Below are positions 27,155 to 37,280 of a stretch of DNA of 64,000 nucleotides, piece by piece (within the stretch, counting starts at the first letter, position 1; each line of letters opens with the position of its first letter). The DNA comes from Pseudobdellovibrionaceae bacterium. GTDB lineage: Bacteria; Bdellovibrionota; Bdellovibrionia; Bdellovibrionales; UBA1609. The DNA is taken from positions 2,634 to 66,633 of the forward strand of contig JAYSTF010000074.1 of the NCBI GenBank assembly GCA_043720065.1, written 5' to 3'. The translations under genes and the position numbers were made by a program. The notes beneath the pieces were generated by a model. The model was given only the letters and a program-made list of their open reading frames with translations, was not told the DNA's origin and did not search any database.

Positions 27155-29835
27155 TGCTCAACCTTCCGCTGCTGGATCGCGGCCTGGGCGGCCGCTAATC
27201 GCGCAATCGGAACACGATAGGGAGAACAACTCACATAGTTTAAGCCCACTGAATGAAAATACCGGATGCTTGCTGGATCTCCCCCGTGCTCCCCACAAAT
27301 CCCCAATTTAATATCCGGTCTGGACCTACGACCTAATTCAACCGCTGTTTCGATTAATTTGCCAACACCTTTTTGATCGATGGTGGCAAAAGGGTCCGCT
27401 TCAAGCAGCCCTTCGGAAACATAAGTGGCTAAAAAGCGGCCGGCGTCGTCCCGGGAGATGCCTAAAGTGGTTTGCGTAAGGTCATTGGTGCCGAAGCTGA
27501 AAAATTGAGCATACTCCGCAAGCTTATCAGCCAGAAGAGCTGCGCGGGGTAACTCGATCATCGTGCCGACTAAATACTCGAACGTTACACCCTTCTCAGT
27601 TTGAACATCGCGGACTTCTTCATCCACTAGGGTTCTCAACCGGGAAAGCTCCCCTTCCGTCGCTACAATGGGAATCATGATTTCTGGGATGAGTTTTTTG
27701 CCCTTAGAAATCATCTCCGCCGCAGCTTCTGCAATTGCGCGCACTTGCATGCGATAGATCTCGGGGTACGTGATTGCCAGCCGGCAACCGCGGTGCCCGA
27801 GCATAGGATTAAATTCCTTTAAGGCTCGCACTTTCGCGCGCAAGCGATCGACGTTCCACTTCAAACGGCCCGCAAGATCCGCGATTTCCTCTTCACTATG
27901 GGGCAGGAACTCATGAAGCGGCGGATCGAGCAACCGGATGGTAACAGGAAATCCGTCCATGGCTTGGAATAAACCTAAAAAATCTCCCCTTTGCATGGGA
28001 AGTAAAAGATCGAGCGCGGCTACCCGCTCTTCGTAATTTTCTGCCATGATCATGCGGCGAACCACATCGATGCGGTCAGCACCAAAGAACATATGCTCCG
28101 TTCGGCAAAGACCAATGCCTTCGGCACCAAACTCGCGCGCGACTGTCGCATCTAGCGGTGTATCTGCGTTGGCACGAACCCCAAGCCCACGATACTTATC
28201 GGCGAGTTTCATCACACGGCGGAAATAATCATCGACGGTGGGTTCAATGGTTTTTACTTCCCCTAAATAAACTTCGCCCGTCGATCCGTCTAAAGTGATT
28301 TGATCGCCCTCGCGTAAGACAAAACCTTTTACGCGCAGTTCACCTTTTCGGTAATCAACATCCATGTCACCACAGCCAGCGACACATGTCTTTCCCATCC
28401 CGCGCGCAACTACAGCCGCGTGCGAGGTCATGCCACCACGTGTGGTGAGAACACCCTTTGCTGCGACCATGCCTTCAATGTCATCCGGCGAAGTTTCAAT
28501 GCGAACTAGAATAACTTGTTTGCCGCTCTCAACCCACTTTACGGCGTCTTCTGAAGAGTAAACGATTTGTCCCGTCGCGCCCCCGGGAGATGCGGGCAAG
28601 CCCTTACAGAGCAACGTCTTCTCAGCCTTTGGGTCCAGCATCGGATGAAGTAGCTGATCTAAACTTTGCGGCGACAATCGCATTAATGCTTCTTCTTCAC
28701 CAATCATCTTTTCGTCGATCATGTCGCAAGCGATACGAAGCGCCGCCTTTGCCGTGCGCTTGCCATTTCGCGTCTGGAGCATCCAAAGTTTCCCACGCTC
28801 AATCGTAAATTCAATGTCCTGCATGTCGCGATAATGTTTTTCGAGTTGCTTATAAACAGTCACAAGCTGGCCATAAGCTTGAGGCATCAAGTCCTCAAGC
28901 GAGCTCATGTGCAGCGGGGTGCGGATTCCTGCAACGACGTCTTCGCCTTGAGCGTTCACAAGGAATTCACCGTAGAAGGCTTTTTCGCCAGTCGATGGAT
29001 TGCGCGTGAACGCAACCCCAGTGGCCGAATCCTCACCCATGTTGCCAAAGACCATCGATTGCACGTTCACTGCCGTGCCCCACGAACTCGGATAACTGTT
29101 GAGCTCCCGGTAAGTGATCGCTCGCGGTGTATTCCAACTTTTAAACACGGCGGCGATCGCGCCCCACAATTGCTCTTTCGGATCCGTTGGGAAAGATTGG
29201 CCCGTGCTTTCGCGAATTTGTTTTTTGTATTTGTCGACCAGTGACTTCAAATCTTCAGCCGTAAGATCGGAATCCTTTTGGTACTTCTTGATGTCCTTTA
29301 GATCCTCAAGCGTCACTTCAAGCAGTGACGAGTTCATGCCCATTACCACATCGGAATACATGGTGACGAAGCGGCGATAAGAGTCCCAAGCAAAACGTTG
29401 ATTGCCCGACTGCTCGGCCAAGCCCTTTACCGTCTCATCATTCAAACCTAGGTTTAAAATCGTGTCCATCATACCGGGCATGCTGGCCCGCGAACCGGAG
29501 CGCACACTTACTAGTAATGGGTTCCGGCTATCGCCGAATTTCCTCCCCGCAAGTTTTTCGATGCGGCCCATGTATTCGTCGACTTTTCCTTTGAGAGCCT
29601 CGGGAAGTTCGCTGCCGTTGTCGTAAAACACTTGGCAGATTTCAGTAGAAATGGTGAACCCGGGGGGCACGGGCAGTCCCATTGCCGTCATTTCAGCAAG
29701 GTTTGCGCCCTTACCGCCAAGCGTGTTTTTCATTCCCGCATTGCCCTCGGTATCACCGGCTGCGAAGAAAAACATGAACTTGTCAGGCATTTTCACAGAG
29801 GCCTTAGTAGGGTTCACCACTTCTCCCATCGTCAT
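27151..29835 (-). CDS. ppdK: Pyruvate, phosphate dikinase
   Basis: 894 aa. LGGKGANLAEM, phospho-His region GGMTSHAAVVARGMG, and a C-terminal PEP-utilising domain (GICGEHGGDP). The ATG overlaps the glyQS stop (TAATG at 29837..29833). Confidence 0.95.
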   Translation of the reverse strand: MTMGEVVNPTKASVKMPDKFMFFFAAGDTEGNAGMKNTLGGKGANLAEMTAMGLPVPPGFTISTEICQVFYDNGSELPEALKGKVDEYMGRIEKLAGRKFGDSRNPLLVSVRSGSRASMPGMMDTILNLGLNDETVKGLAEQSGNQRFAWDSYRRFVTMYSDVVMGMNSSLLEVTLEDLKDIKKYQKDSDLTAEDLKSLVDKYKKQIRESTGQSFPTDPKEQLWGAIAAVFKSWNTPRAITYRELNSYPSSWGTAVNVQSMVFGNMGEDSATGVAFTRNPSTGEKAFYGEFLVNAQGEDVVAGIRTPLHMSSLEDLMPQAYGQLVTVYKQLEKHYRDMQDIEFTIERGKLWMLQTRNGKRTAKAALRIACDMIDEKMIGEEEALMRLSPQSLDQLLHPMLDPKAEKTLLCKGLPASPGGATGQIVYSSEDAVKWVESGKQVILVRIETSPDDIEGMVAAKGVLTTRGGMTSHAAVVARGMGKTCVAGCGDMDVDYRKGELRVKGFVLREGDQITLDGSTGEVYLGEVKTIEPTVDDYFRRVMKLADKYRGLGVRANADTPLDATVAREFGAEGIGLCRTEHMFFGADRIDVVRRMIMAENYEERVAALDLLLPMQRGDFLGLFQAMDGFPVTIRLLDPPLHEFLPHSEEEIADLAGRLKWNVDRLRAKVRALKEFNPMLGHRGCRLAITYPEIYRMQVRAIAEAAAEMISKGKKLIPEIMIPIVATEGELSRLRTLVDEEVRDVQTEKGVTFEYLVGTMIELPRAALLADKLAEYAQFFSFGTNDLTQTTLGISRDDAGRFLATYVSEGLLEADPFATIDQKGVGKLIETAVELGRRSRPDIKLGICGEHGGDPASIRYFHSVGLNYVSCSPYRVPIARLAAAQAAIQQRKVEH

Positions 29836-31181
29836 TACTTATCCCCGTAATTCACGAGTTTATCGGCCATGTAGCTCTTCACTTGTGAAAGAGCCACGCG
29901 ATCTTGCTTCATTGTATCGCGATGGCGAACTGTGACGGCTTGATCTTCCAATGTCTGAAAGTCGACGGTCAAACACAGCGGCGTTCCGATTTCATCTTGG
30001 CGGCGATAGCGTTTTCCGATGCTCGCCGTTTCGTCGTAGTCCATATCCCAGTCTTGCGCGAGATCGGTAAACAATTTTTGTCCTACCTCCTGCAAAGGCT
30101 CTTTCTTGGAGAGCGGCAAGATGGCGGCCTTAATCGGCGCCAGCTCTGGTTTAAGACCAAGTACAACGCGAGGTCCGCCTTCAGCGTCGCCATCAACCGT
30201 TTCCTCACGATAAGCATCGCAAAGCAGGGCCAATGCCAACCGGTCGCAGCCAACTGCTGTTTCAATCACGAAGGGAACGAATTTTTCTTTTGCTACTTCA
30301 TCGAAGTACTCAATTTTTTTATTTGAGAATTTTGCGTGCTGGGTAAGATCGAAGTCGCCACGGTTATGCACGCCCTCTAATTCCTGCCAGCCAAAAGGGA
30401 ACTGATACTGAACATCGAACGCGGCACGAGCATAATGGGCCAATTCTTTAGGGCCGTGCTCCTTGTACCGGAGCTTTGATTCTTTCATGCCGATGGTCTT
30501 GTAATAGTCCCAGCGAGTTTCCTTCCACGTCTCAAACCACTTCATGTCAGTGCCGGGCTTTACAAAGTACTGCATTTCCATTTGTTCGAATTCACGGGTG
30601 CGGAACGTGAAGTTGCCAGGCGTAATTTCGTTGCGGAAAGATTTTCCGATTTGCGCAATACCAAAAGGAATTTTCTTGCGCATGGAGGCCTGCACATTTT
30701 CAAAATTGACGAAAATCCCTTGCGCTGTTTCGGGCCGCAGATAAACGATTGATGTCGAGTCTTCAACGGGGCCCATGAACGTCTTAAACATCAGATTAAA
30801 ATTGCGCGGCGCCGTAATGTCGCCAGACTCACACTTTGGACAAACATTCTTCCCTTCAACCACCTTGGCATGATCTTCACGAAAGCGGTTTTTGCAGTTT
30901 TTGCAGTCCACTAAGGGGTCAGAAAATCCGTCCACATGCCCGGATGCTTTCCAAACCATTGGGTGCATTAAAATCGCGGCATCAAGGCCAACAATGTCTT
31001 GTCGCCGAGTCATGGCTTTCCACCACGACATTTTCACGTTGAATTTGAAGTTGGCACCGAGCGGCCCGTAATCCCAGCAGGAGTTTAAACCCCCATAAAT
31101 TTCGCTACTTTGGAAGACATAGCCGCGTCGCTTGCATAAGGAAACGAGAGTGCTCAGGTCGTTGAGTTCAGTGACTGCCAT
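29835..31181 (-). CDS. glyQS: Glycine--tRNA ligase (homodimeric class II type)
   Basis: 448 aa. The N-terminus [28 protein letters not shown] and class II motifs ([25 protein letters not shown]) are present. Confidence 0.95.
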   Translation of the reverse strand: MAVTELNDLSTLVSLCKRRGYVFQSSEIYGGLNSCWDYGPLGANFKFNVKMSWWKAMTRRQDIVGLDAAILMHPMVWKASGHVDGFSDPLVDCKNCKNRFREDHAKVVEGKNVCPKCESGDITAPRNFNLMFKTFMGPVEDSTSIVYLRPETAQGIFVNFENVQASMRKKIPFGIAQIGKSFRNEITPGNFTFRTREFEQMEMQYFVKPGTDMKWFETWKETRWDYYKTIGMKESKLRYKEHGPKELAHYARAAFDVQYQFPFGWQELEGVHNRGDFDLTQHAKFSNKKIEYFDEVAKEKFVPFVIETAVGCDRLALALLCDAYREETVDGDAEGGPRVVLGLKPELAPIKAAILPLSKKEPLQEVGQKLFTDLAQDWDMDYDETASIGKRYRRQDEIGTPLCLTVDFQTLEDQAVTVRHRDTMKQDRVALSQVKSYMADKLVNYGDK

Positions 31182-31294
31182 TTTGGGACCTCGCTAGAGG
31201 AGAATCGGCTATCATTGTTGGGCTTGATCTGTCTATCTCCATGAGTTTCACGGCCCTTGACACGGTGGGCTAATTTCGGGCATGACTAACACCA

Positions 31295-32269
31295 ATGCAC
31301 AGCCGTTTAAGACCAGTTTCCGCACTAGCTTTCGCTTTCGCCTGCATGGCGGTGCATTCCGTAGCGACCGGCACCAAGCCAACAGCCGCAGATGCGGCGT
31401 GCGCTGCTCTCCTAAAAGAAAACGCATCTGATCCAGCGAACCTATTCCGAGCCGAAATTTTAAAGGCGAACTTAAACTACCGCTTAAGCAAAGATGAACC
31501 CCCTCGATCCACTCTTAAGGGCGGTGAGGCTAAGCATTTAAAATTATATTCAAGTGGCGCCATGATTTCGCTCGGTGCGGGAGCGGATATTTACCGACCG
31601 CTTTACGATTTTCCACTTATCGGTGAGTATCATCTAGTCGACCATTTGATGAATGGGCATGACACTCCTGCCGAACTCATTGGCGAGATTAAAAACCGAT
31701 TAGAGAAAATCGACCCGACGGCAGTAGTCACTGTTGCCGACCGCGGCTTTCTTGATGTTTTTACGGCTGAGGAAATGAACACTGTTGTGCAGTTCGACCA
31801 AATCCCTAAATTCAATGCCGAAGTTTTGTCGCGCGAAGGTAGTGATCGACCACTCATTTTCACAGTGGCTTGGCAGAGTCCCACCCTTGGCGCAGTTGAA
31901 AAAACATTTTACCTTCATGCTATCGATTTTGAAAACACCTCTGCTGTGCAAAATCTCCTCGACACTGTCAATGGCAGCTTAGTAGCGGTTTTAGAATCTG
32001 AACTCGGCGTTCTCCCGCCGACGCCAGTCGTAAAAATGCTCATGCAAGCTTTGGGTGATGACGGCGTTTTTATTTTCGAACAAATGGGATACCCAAATGC
32101 TAAAGATGAAGATCTATTCGGCCTGGGTGTTGATTTCTTCGGTGATAAATACAGCATTGCTCTGTCTACACCTGATCCTGAGACGCGACTCGAAATGGCC
32201 AACAGCGATCCGACAAAGCTTCAGCGATTTTACTTCGAGTTTCTCGTTCAGAACCTTAAGGTTCCTTAA
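31295..32269 (+). CDS. Hypothetical secreted protein
   Basis: 324 aa with a signal-like N-terminus (VSALAFAFACMAVHSVA). No family recognised. Confidence 0.45.
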   Translation: MHSRLRPVSALAFAFACMAVHSVATGTKPTAADAACAALLKENASDPANLFRAEILKANLNYRLSKDEPPRSTLKGGEAKHLKLYSSGAMISLGAGADIYRPLYDFPLIGEYHLVDHLMNGHDTPAELIGEIKNRLEKIDPTAVVTVADRGFLDVFTAEEMNTVVQFDQIPKFNAEVLSREGSDRPLIFTVAWQSPTLGAVEKTFYLHAIDFENTSAVQNLLDTVNGSLVAVLESELGVLPPTPVVKMLMQALGDDGVFIFEQMGYPNAKDEDLFGLGVDFFGDKYSIALSTPDPETRLEMANSDPTKLQRFYFEFLVQNLKVP

Positions 32270-32429
32270 AGATTTCGAGTCCGCCAGATTAATATCCATT
32301 GCTCGATCATTATACATGTTCAGCCATTAGGCGGTTTAACCGATTCCATTAGAGATGAACAGGCCTGCACATTGCTCAATATAGTATTGGGCAGGACTTG
32401 TTTCGTCTCAAATTGAGATTGGTTGGCAG

Positions 32430-34463
32430 ATGGCAAAGTGGCAGCTTTTTAAAAAATACTCGATTTTATACGTGGGCGCGGCGGGATTAGTTTGGTTTCA
32501 GAACTGCAGTCCGAGCGACCTCGGCTTCGCTGGTTTTAGATCAGGTTCAGTGCTAACTGCCCGTGAGCTTGCATTAATGTCAACGTCGCCAGGCGCACGT
32601 TTATACGCCTTGAACTGTGCCGAATGTCATGGCCCACTTAGCAACTCTGAGCGCCGCGGGCGCTCTGCCGCGCAAATCACACTCGCCATCAATTCAGTTA
32701 CTCAGATGTCCAAATTGAAAACTCTAAGCTCGTTGGACATTGCCGCAATCTCTGGGGCCCTAGCTGACAATGGCAATCCCATTGATTACTCAGGACCGCG
32801 GGCTCGCTATATCTGTAATCCAAACCAAGTGCCCGAATCTGCCGCCTATAAACTTACAAACCGCGAATTTAAAAATTCAATACGAGCGGTCTTAAACACA
32901 ATCCGCGCCGGCATGACAAACGACGGTTTGCTGGAAATGGCGATTAACAATATCCCAGCCGATATTCTTTACGACGGCCGCCACGTGATGCGCGAACAAG
33001 CGGGCCTGCTTTCAATCCACATGACCAAATTTTATTTCCTTGCGGCTTACCGCGCTGGCGAATTGGTCGCGGCCACGCCGAACTTAAGCACTTTTCCAAA
33101 TACGAACGGCTGCTTGGGGGGCGCGACAATCACACCTGCTTGTCATTCTGATTTCATAAGGGAATTTGGTTCCATCGCTTTCCGACGGCCCTTAGCACCA
33201 GCTGAAGTCACCGATTTATCGCAAACTTTTTGGGACGGTTCGCTCTCGAAGGCAGACCTTCTCACACTTACCGTGGCTGGCATGCTCCAGCTTCCCGATT
33301 TCATGTACAAGGTCTTTGACCGTGGGCCAGCATCGCCACTTGCGGCTAACGCCATCAATTTAACCGCCCATGAGATTGCTACGAAAATGGCTTACTTCTT
33401 AACCGGATCGCCCCCGGACCAGGCCCTGCGTGCTCTAGCCGATTCCGGCGCCTTGATGAACAACGCCACTTTAGCTACTGAAGTCGATCGCCTTATGAGC
33501 CTGCCATCCGCTCCGGAGGTAATCGTAAGATTGTTTAGAGAAACTTATGGCTATGACCTAATTCCCGGCCCGTGGTATTCCCTGACAGATCAGTTTCTCG
33601 CAGGCCAGCGCCTCGAGGAAAAAAGGTTCTACCCTAACGGCATCGACTACTATTATGTCCGCATAGGTGACGCAATCCGCGAGGAGCTTGATCGATTTTT
33701 CCCCGACACGGTACTTGGCAACGGCACATTTCAAACGTTGTTTACGTCGCGGCAGGCATATATTGGGAATGACTTGCTCGGGCAACTTTACGGTGTTGGT
33801 GAAGGGGTGCAAACGCTGCCGGAGCACCGCGCGGGCTTTATCAACCGTGCAGCAATTCTACAGCGTCGTGCGGAGATGTCGACGACCCCTGTTCAACGCG
33901 GGCTAGTGATTTTAGAAAAGGTCCTATGCGAAGAGACCGGGCCGCCGCCAGCGAACGCGCCAACCGCTGTTCCCGCTGAACCCGATGGCTCTTACCTAAC
34001 GACTCGCGAGCGCTTCCATAAACTTCAACAGCAACCGGGCACCGCTTGCAACGCCTGCCACACCCGAATCAATAATCTTGGATACCCATTTGAGATCTTC
34101 GACAGCCTCGGTCGCTTCCGCACTACCGAGAAAATTTTTGGAAACGTTAATGGCACTTATGGCGTTGCCGCCGAACTTCCTATTAATGCCGCCACTACCA
34201 CTTTGGAACTAAAGGCTGAGGCGGTGAACGTATCGGATGCCGTCGCATTGGGGCGCGAACTCGGGAACAACGACAAGGCAATGATCTGTTTCACCCGCCA
34301 TATAAAACGCTTCGAAGGGCGGCGTCAGCTTCTGGGCGGCGACGGCTGTCAGATGAATGCGGCACTAGATGCGATGTACGGTAGCAATGGGAATCAAGGC
34401 TCCATTCGCGACGCTTTAAAAGCATATATATTATCGGATAGGTTCAAATTATGGGGTTTTTAA
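32430..34463 (+). CDS. DUF1592/DUF1588/DUF1585-family protein with an N-terminal c-type heme motif
   Basis: 677 aa. CxxCH at LNCAECHGP. The C-terminal conserved block TACNACHTRINNLGYPFEIFDSLGRFR is typical of the Planctomycete-cytochrome-like PSD/DUF1585-1588 family. It is followed 13 nt later by a DUF1552 partner. Confidence 0.7.
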   Translation: MAKWQLFKKYSILYVGAAGLVWFQNCSPSDLGFAGFRSGSVLTARELALMSTSPGARLYALNCAECHGPLSNSERRGRSAAQITLAINSVTQMSKLKTLSSLDIAAISGALADNGNPIDYSGPRARYICNPNQVPESAAYKLTNREFKNSIRAVLNTIRAGMTNDGLLEMAINNIPADILYDGRHVMREQAGLLSIHMTKFYFLAAYRAGELVAATPNLSTFPNTNGCLGGATITPACHSDFIREFGSIAFRRPLAPAEVTDLSQTFWDGSLSKADLLTLTVAGMLQLPDFMYKVFDRGPASPLAANAINLTAHEIATKMAYFLTGSPPDQALRALADSGALMNNATLATEVDRLMSLPSAPEVIVRLFRETYGYDLIPGPWYSLTDQFLAGQRLEEKRFYPNGIDYYYVRIGDAIREELDRFFPDTVLGNGTFQTLFTSRQAYIGNDLLGQLYGVGEGVQTLPEHRAGFINRAAILQRRAEMSTTPVQRGLVILEKVLCEETGPPPANAPTAVPAEPDGSYLTTRERFHKLQQQPGTACNACHTRINNLGYPFEIFDSLGRFRTTEKIFGNVNGTYGVAAELPINAATTTLELKAEAVNVSDAVALGRELGNNDKAMICFTRHIKRFEGRRQLLGGDGCQMNAALDAMYGSNGNQGSIRDALKAYILSDRFKLWGF

Positions 34464-34476
34464 GGGGAGTTTGTAA

Positions 34477-35961
34477 ATGAGTATAGTTTATTGCAAAAAA
34501 ACCCGCCGCCAGTTCCTAGTTGGCGCTGGCAACACGCTTTTAGCTTTGCCGTTGCTGCCGAGTTTGTTTTCCGAGAGAGCACTCGCCCAAACGGCTCCTG
34601 ACAAGCGCCTGCTCGTCGTGTATATGCATCACAATCAGTGCGAAGGCTTGTGGCCGCAAAGAGCCGTCGCAACGACACCGGTCGGGACCTCTGGCACGAT
34701 GGAGAAACTAGTCCGGAGTTTTGGGAGTGCTCAGGAAATCAGCCCTATTCTCGAACATCCGCTTTATGAGAATTTGCGCCAACGAGGTTTACTCACGATC
34801 GCGCGGGGCTTCGATGCGGAAGGCAACGGCGCTTATGGCCATGGCCTTCACTCTCTCGGTCATTCGCCAAACAGGTCCCCGACACTCGATGCGATTTTTG
34901 ATACTTCAGCCGCCCTCTATCCCGGTACAACTTCCGGGTCGGTCACCAAAGCGGTGCGAATAAATTATCAAGGAGACCTCTCCATTTTTATGAACCAGAT
35001 TGGCTCCACAAGCCAACAGTTCCAGGCCTACGGGGCTGATAATCGGGATTATCAAAACCCCTTCCGCATCACGGATTTTTACAACGACATCTTTAGCTCC
35101 CTCACTAATGGAACTTCGAACACGCCAGATAACACCTATGGTTTAAAGTCGAATATACTTAATCGCGTTTTTGCGTCTTATCAGTCGTTTAAAGGTAGCC
35201 GACGCATCTCCTCCGACGACAAGGCCCGGCTCGATCAACATATGGGCTACCTTTCTGACCTCCAGAAACGCTTTGCCGCCGCTGCGGCACCCCAACCGCC
35301 GCCACCTGGATGTGTGAAACCTAATGTACCCGGGGTACAATCTGACTATCTCATCTATGCGCCGCTTTACTTAAGCCTACTCGCCGCCGCGTTTAAATGC
35401 GGCCTCACGAAATTTGGCATTGTCGCCTGGGAAGGTGATGGCCCAAAACTCCCTGGCTTGTACTCACCCGACGATAAAGAAGGGTTGCATGGCATGATTC
35501 ACGGTGGTCGCGGCACGGATCTGAAACACGCAAATCACACCGTCTATAACCGGTTTACCTACAATCATCTCGCCAATAATTTCTTTAACTTGCTTGATGT
35601 TCCTGAAGGAAATACGGGAAAGACTTATTTGGAAAACATGGTGACCGCCATCATTTATGAACTTGGAGTAGAGCCTGCTGCAGGCGGTGGTCACTGGCGA
35701 AATGATCAACAGCACGTACTGATCGGTTCGATGGGCGGCGCTTTAAGAGCCGGCCGCTATCTAGCACTTCCGGTAACAAACGATAAGCGCTTGCCGGTGA
35801 ATTGCCTCCACGAAACGCTTTTTCAACTCATGGGAGTTCCATCAAGCGAGTACAGTCGCTTCACCTCTGATAAGCGCGGGTTTGGTGCGTATCCCACTGC
35901 CGCTGGGCATCCGTACGCCTCGCGTTTCTATTCGCCAATCACTGAGCTTTTAACGGGTTAA
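34477..35961 (+). CDS. DUF1552-family protein with a Tat-like signal
   Basis: 494 aa. The N-terminus TRRQFLVGAGNTLLALPLLPSLF matches the RRxFL-type leader characteristic of DUF1552 proteins. It is paired with a DUF1592 gene, as is usual for this family. Confidence 0.7.
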   Translation: MSIVYCKKTRRQFLVGAGNTLLALPLLPSLFSERALAQTAPDKRLLVVYMHHNQCEGLWPQRAVATTPVGTSGTMEKLVRSFGSAQEISPILEHPLYENLRQRGLLTIARGFDAEGNGAYGHGLHSLGHSPNRSPTLDAIFDTSAALYPGTTSGSVTKAVRINYQGDLSIFMNQIGSTSQQFQAYGADNRDYQNPFRITDFYNDIFSSLTNGTSNTPDNTYGLKSNILNRVFASYQSFKGSRRISSDDKARLDQHMGYLSDLQKRFAAAAAPQPPPPGCVKPNVPGVQSDYLIYAPLYLSLLAAAFKCGLTKFGIVAWEGDGPKLPGLYSPDDKEGLHGMIHGGRGTDLKHANHTVYNRFTYNHLANNFFNLLDVPEGNTGKTYLENMVTAIIYELGVEPAAGGGHWRNDQQHVLIGSMGGALRAGRYLALPVTNDKRLPVNCLHETLFQLMGVPSSEYSRFTSDKRGFGAYPTAAGHPYASRFYSPITELLTG

Positions 35962-36360
35962 GTGCAACCGGATCGCTTCAAGGGCGCGGTCGTAGAATTC
36001 TCTTGCTGTATCATCATTTCGCGCTAGGGCGTCCCGATGAGCTATTACCGCGCGGTCGATGTTCGCTCCCGCCGGTAATCCCAAAGCCTCATAAGCATCC
36101 CAGGAATGGCCGTTGTGCATAAAATGAATGTTGAGGCTTCGCCCCTCGGGCGAATCAGGCGAGCGAGCGCGTGGAGTAGTGGACCCACGCCAGATTTCAC
36201 TAGGCCGCTTCATCTCCTCCGGCAGAGCTCGTGGTCCCGTTTTTTGCTTCCAGCGGAGTCGGGCTCCAGGTTGGTTGCTCTTTCTAAATATATAAATCAC
36301 GCCAATAATGACGAGCCCGGCTTGCGCCCAGAGGAAATTTTCAAGGGTAAGGAAGTCCAC
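35950..36360 (-). CDS. Hypothetical membrane-anchored protein
   Basis: 136 aa with a GTG start and one N-terminal TM helix. The C-terminal WDAYEALGLPAGANIDRAVIAHRDALAR resembles J-domain helix I/II, but no HPD motif is present. Confidence 0.35.
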   Translation of the reverse strand: MDFLTLENFLWAQAGLVIIGVIYIFRKSNQPGARLRWKQKTGPRALPEEMKRPSEIWRGSTTPRARSPDSPEGRSLNIHFMHNGHSWDAYEALGLPAGANIDRAVIAHRDALARNDDTAREFYDRALEAIRLHLTR

Positions 36361-36433
36361 CAGATTCCATTATTGGGTTCACCTGCTGAATTTTCAAGTC
36401 CCTCAAACGGGGCTATTGTGATATCCCCCTCCT

Positions 36434-37213
36434 ATGAATCCATTTTTGAGCCAAGCCCCCATCGAAGGCGTAAAGAAAATCATTGCCGTAGGTTCAGGCA
36501 AGGGCGGTGTTGGCAAGAGCACCGTGGCTTTGAATCTCGCTAGTGCACTTAAGGCTCAAGGCTTACAGGTGGGTCTGCTGGACGCTGATATTTATGGCCC
36601 AAGTCTGCCAAGACTTACCGGCACGATTGGGCAGCGGCCTGATATGGATTCCTCTGGAAAGATTGCTCCCCTGGTTCGTCACGGCCTACGGCTTATGAGC
36701 ATAGGTTATATGGTGGACGAAAATCTGGCTGTGGTATGGCGAGGACCCATGCTTTTTAAAGCTATGGACCAGTTCTTTCGCGACGTGGCCTGGGGCGAGC
36801 TTGATTATCTCATTGTTGATTTGCCCCCCGGAACTGGCGATGTCGCTCTGACATTGGCGCAAAAGGTGCCGGTGAATGGGGCGATCGTTGTTTGCACTCC
36901 GCAAAACTTGTCTCTAACGGATGCAAAAAAGGCGATCGATATGTTTGAGCGGATCAACATTCCGATTCTTGGAGTCGTTGAAAACATGGCTTATTTGCGC
37001 CAGGACAATTCGGCTGAACAAATTCAGTTGTTTCCACCGGGCGAGCTGAACGCGTTTTTGGACGCTAAGGGATTAACTAAACTAGCTCGCATCCCCTTTC
37101 ATCCCCATGTGGGTTTAACGTGCGAGGCCGGCATTCCACTGCTTCAGAGCAGCCCGGAATCGCCTGAGGCTAAGGCCTTTACGGAACTAGCTGTTTCAAT
37201 CAAAGACAAATAG
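36434..37213 (+). CDS. mrp: Mrp/NBP35 (ApbC) family Fe-S cluster carrier ATPase
   Basis: 259 aa. Deviant Walker A GSGKGGVGKST, the DLPPGTGD motif, and the CTPQ region. Confidence 0.9.
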   Translation: MNPFLSQAPIEGVKKIIAVGSGKGGVGKSTVALNLASALKAQGLQVGLLDADIYGPSLPRLTGTIGQRPDMDSSGKIAPLVRHGLRLMSIGYMVDENLAVVWRGPMLFKAMDQFFRDVAWGELDYLIVDLPPGTGDVALTLAQKVPVNGAIVVCTPQNLSLTDAKKAIDMFERINIPILGVVENMAYLRQDNSAEQIQLFPPGELNAFLDAKGLTKLARIPFHPHVGLTCEAGIPLLQSSPESPEAKAFTELAVSIKDK

Positions 37214-37245
37214 CCATTCATTTTGAGAGGGTTTTGAAGTCCCGC

Positions 37246-37274
37246 TTGGAGTATTTAGCGCAATGCGTTATTCT
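37246..37274 (+). promoter_or_regulatory. Candidate sigma70-type promoter
   Basis: TTGGAG (37246..37251), a 17-nt spacer, then TATTCT (37269..37274). Called from sequence pattern only. Confidence 0.3.
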
Positions 37275-37280
37275 AGTCTT

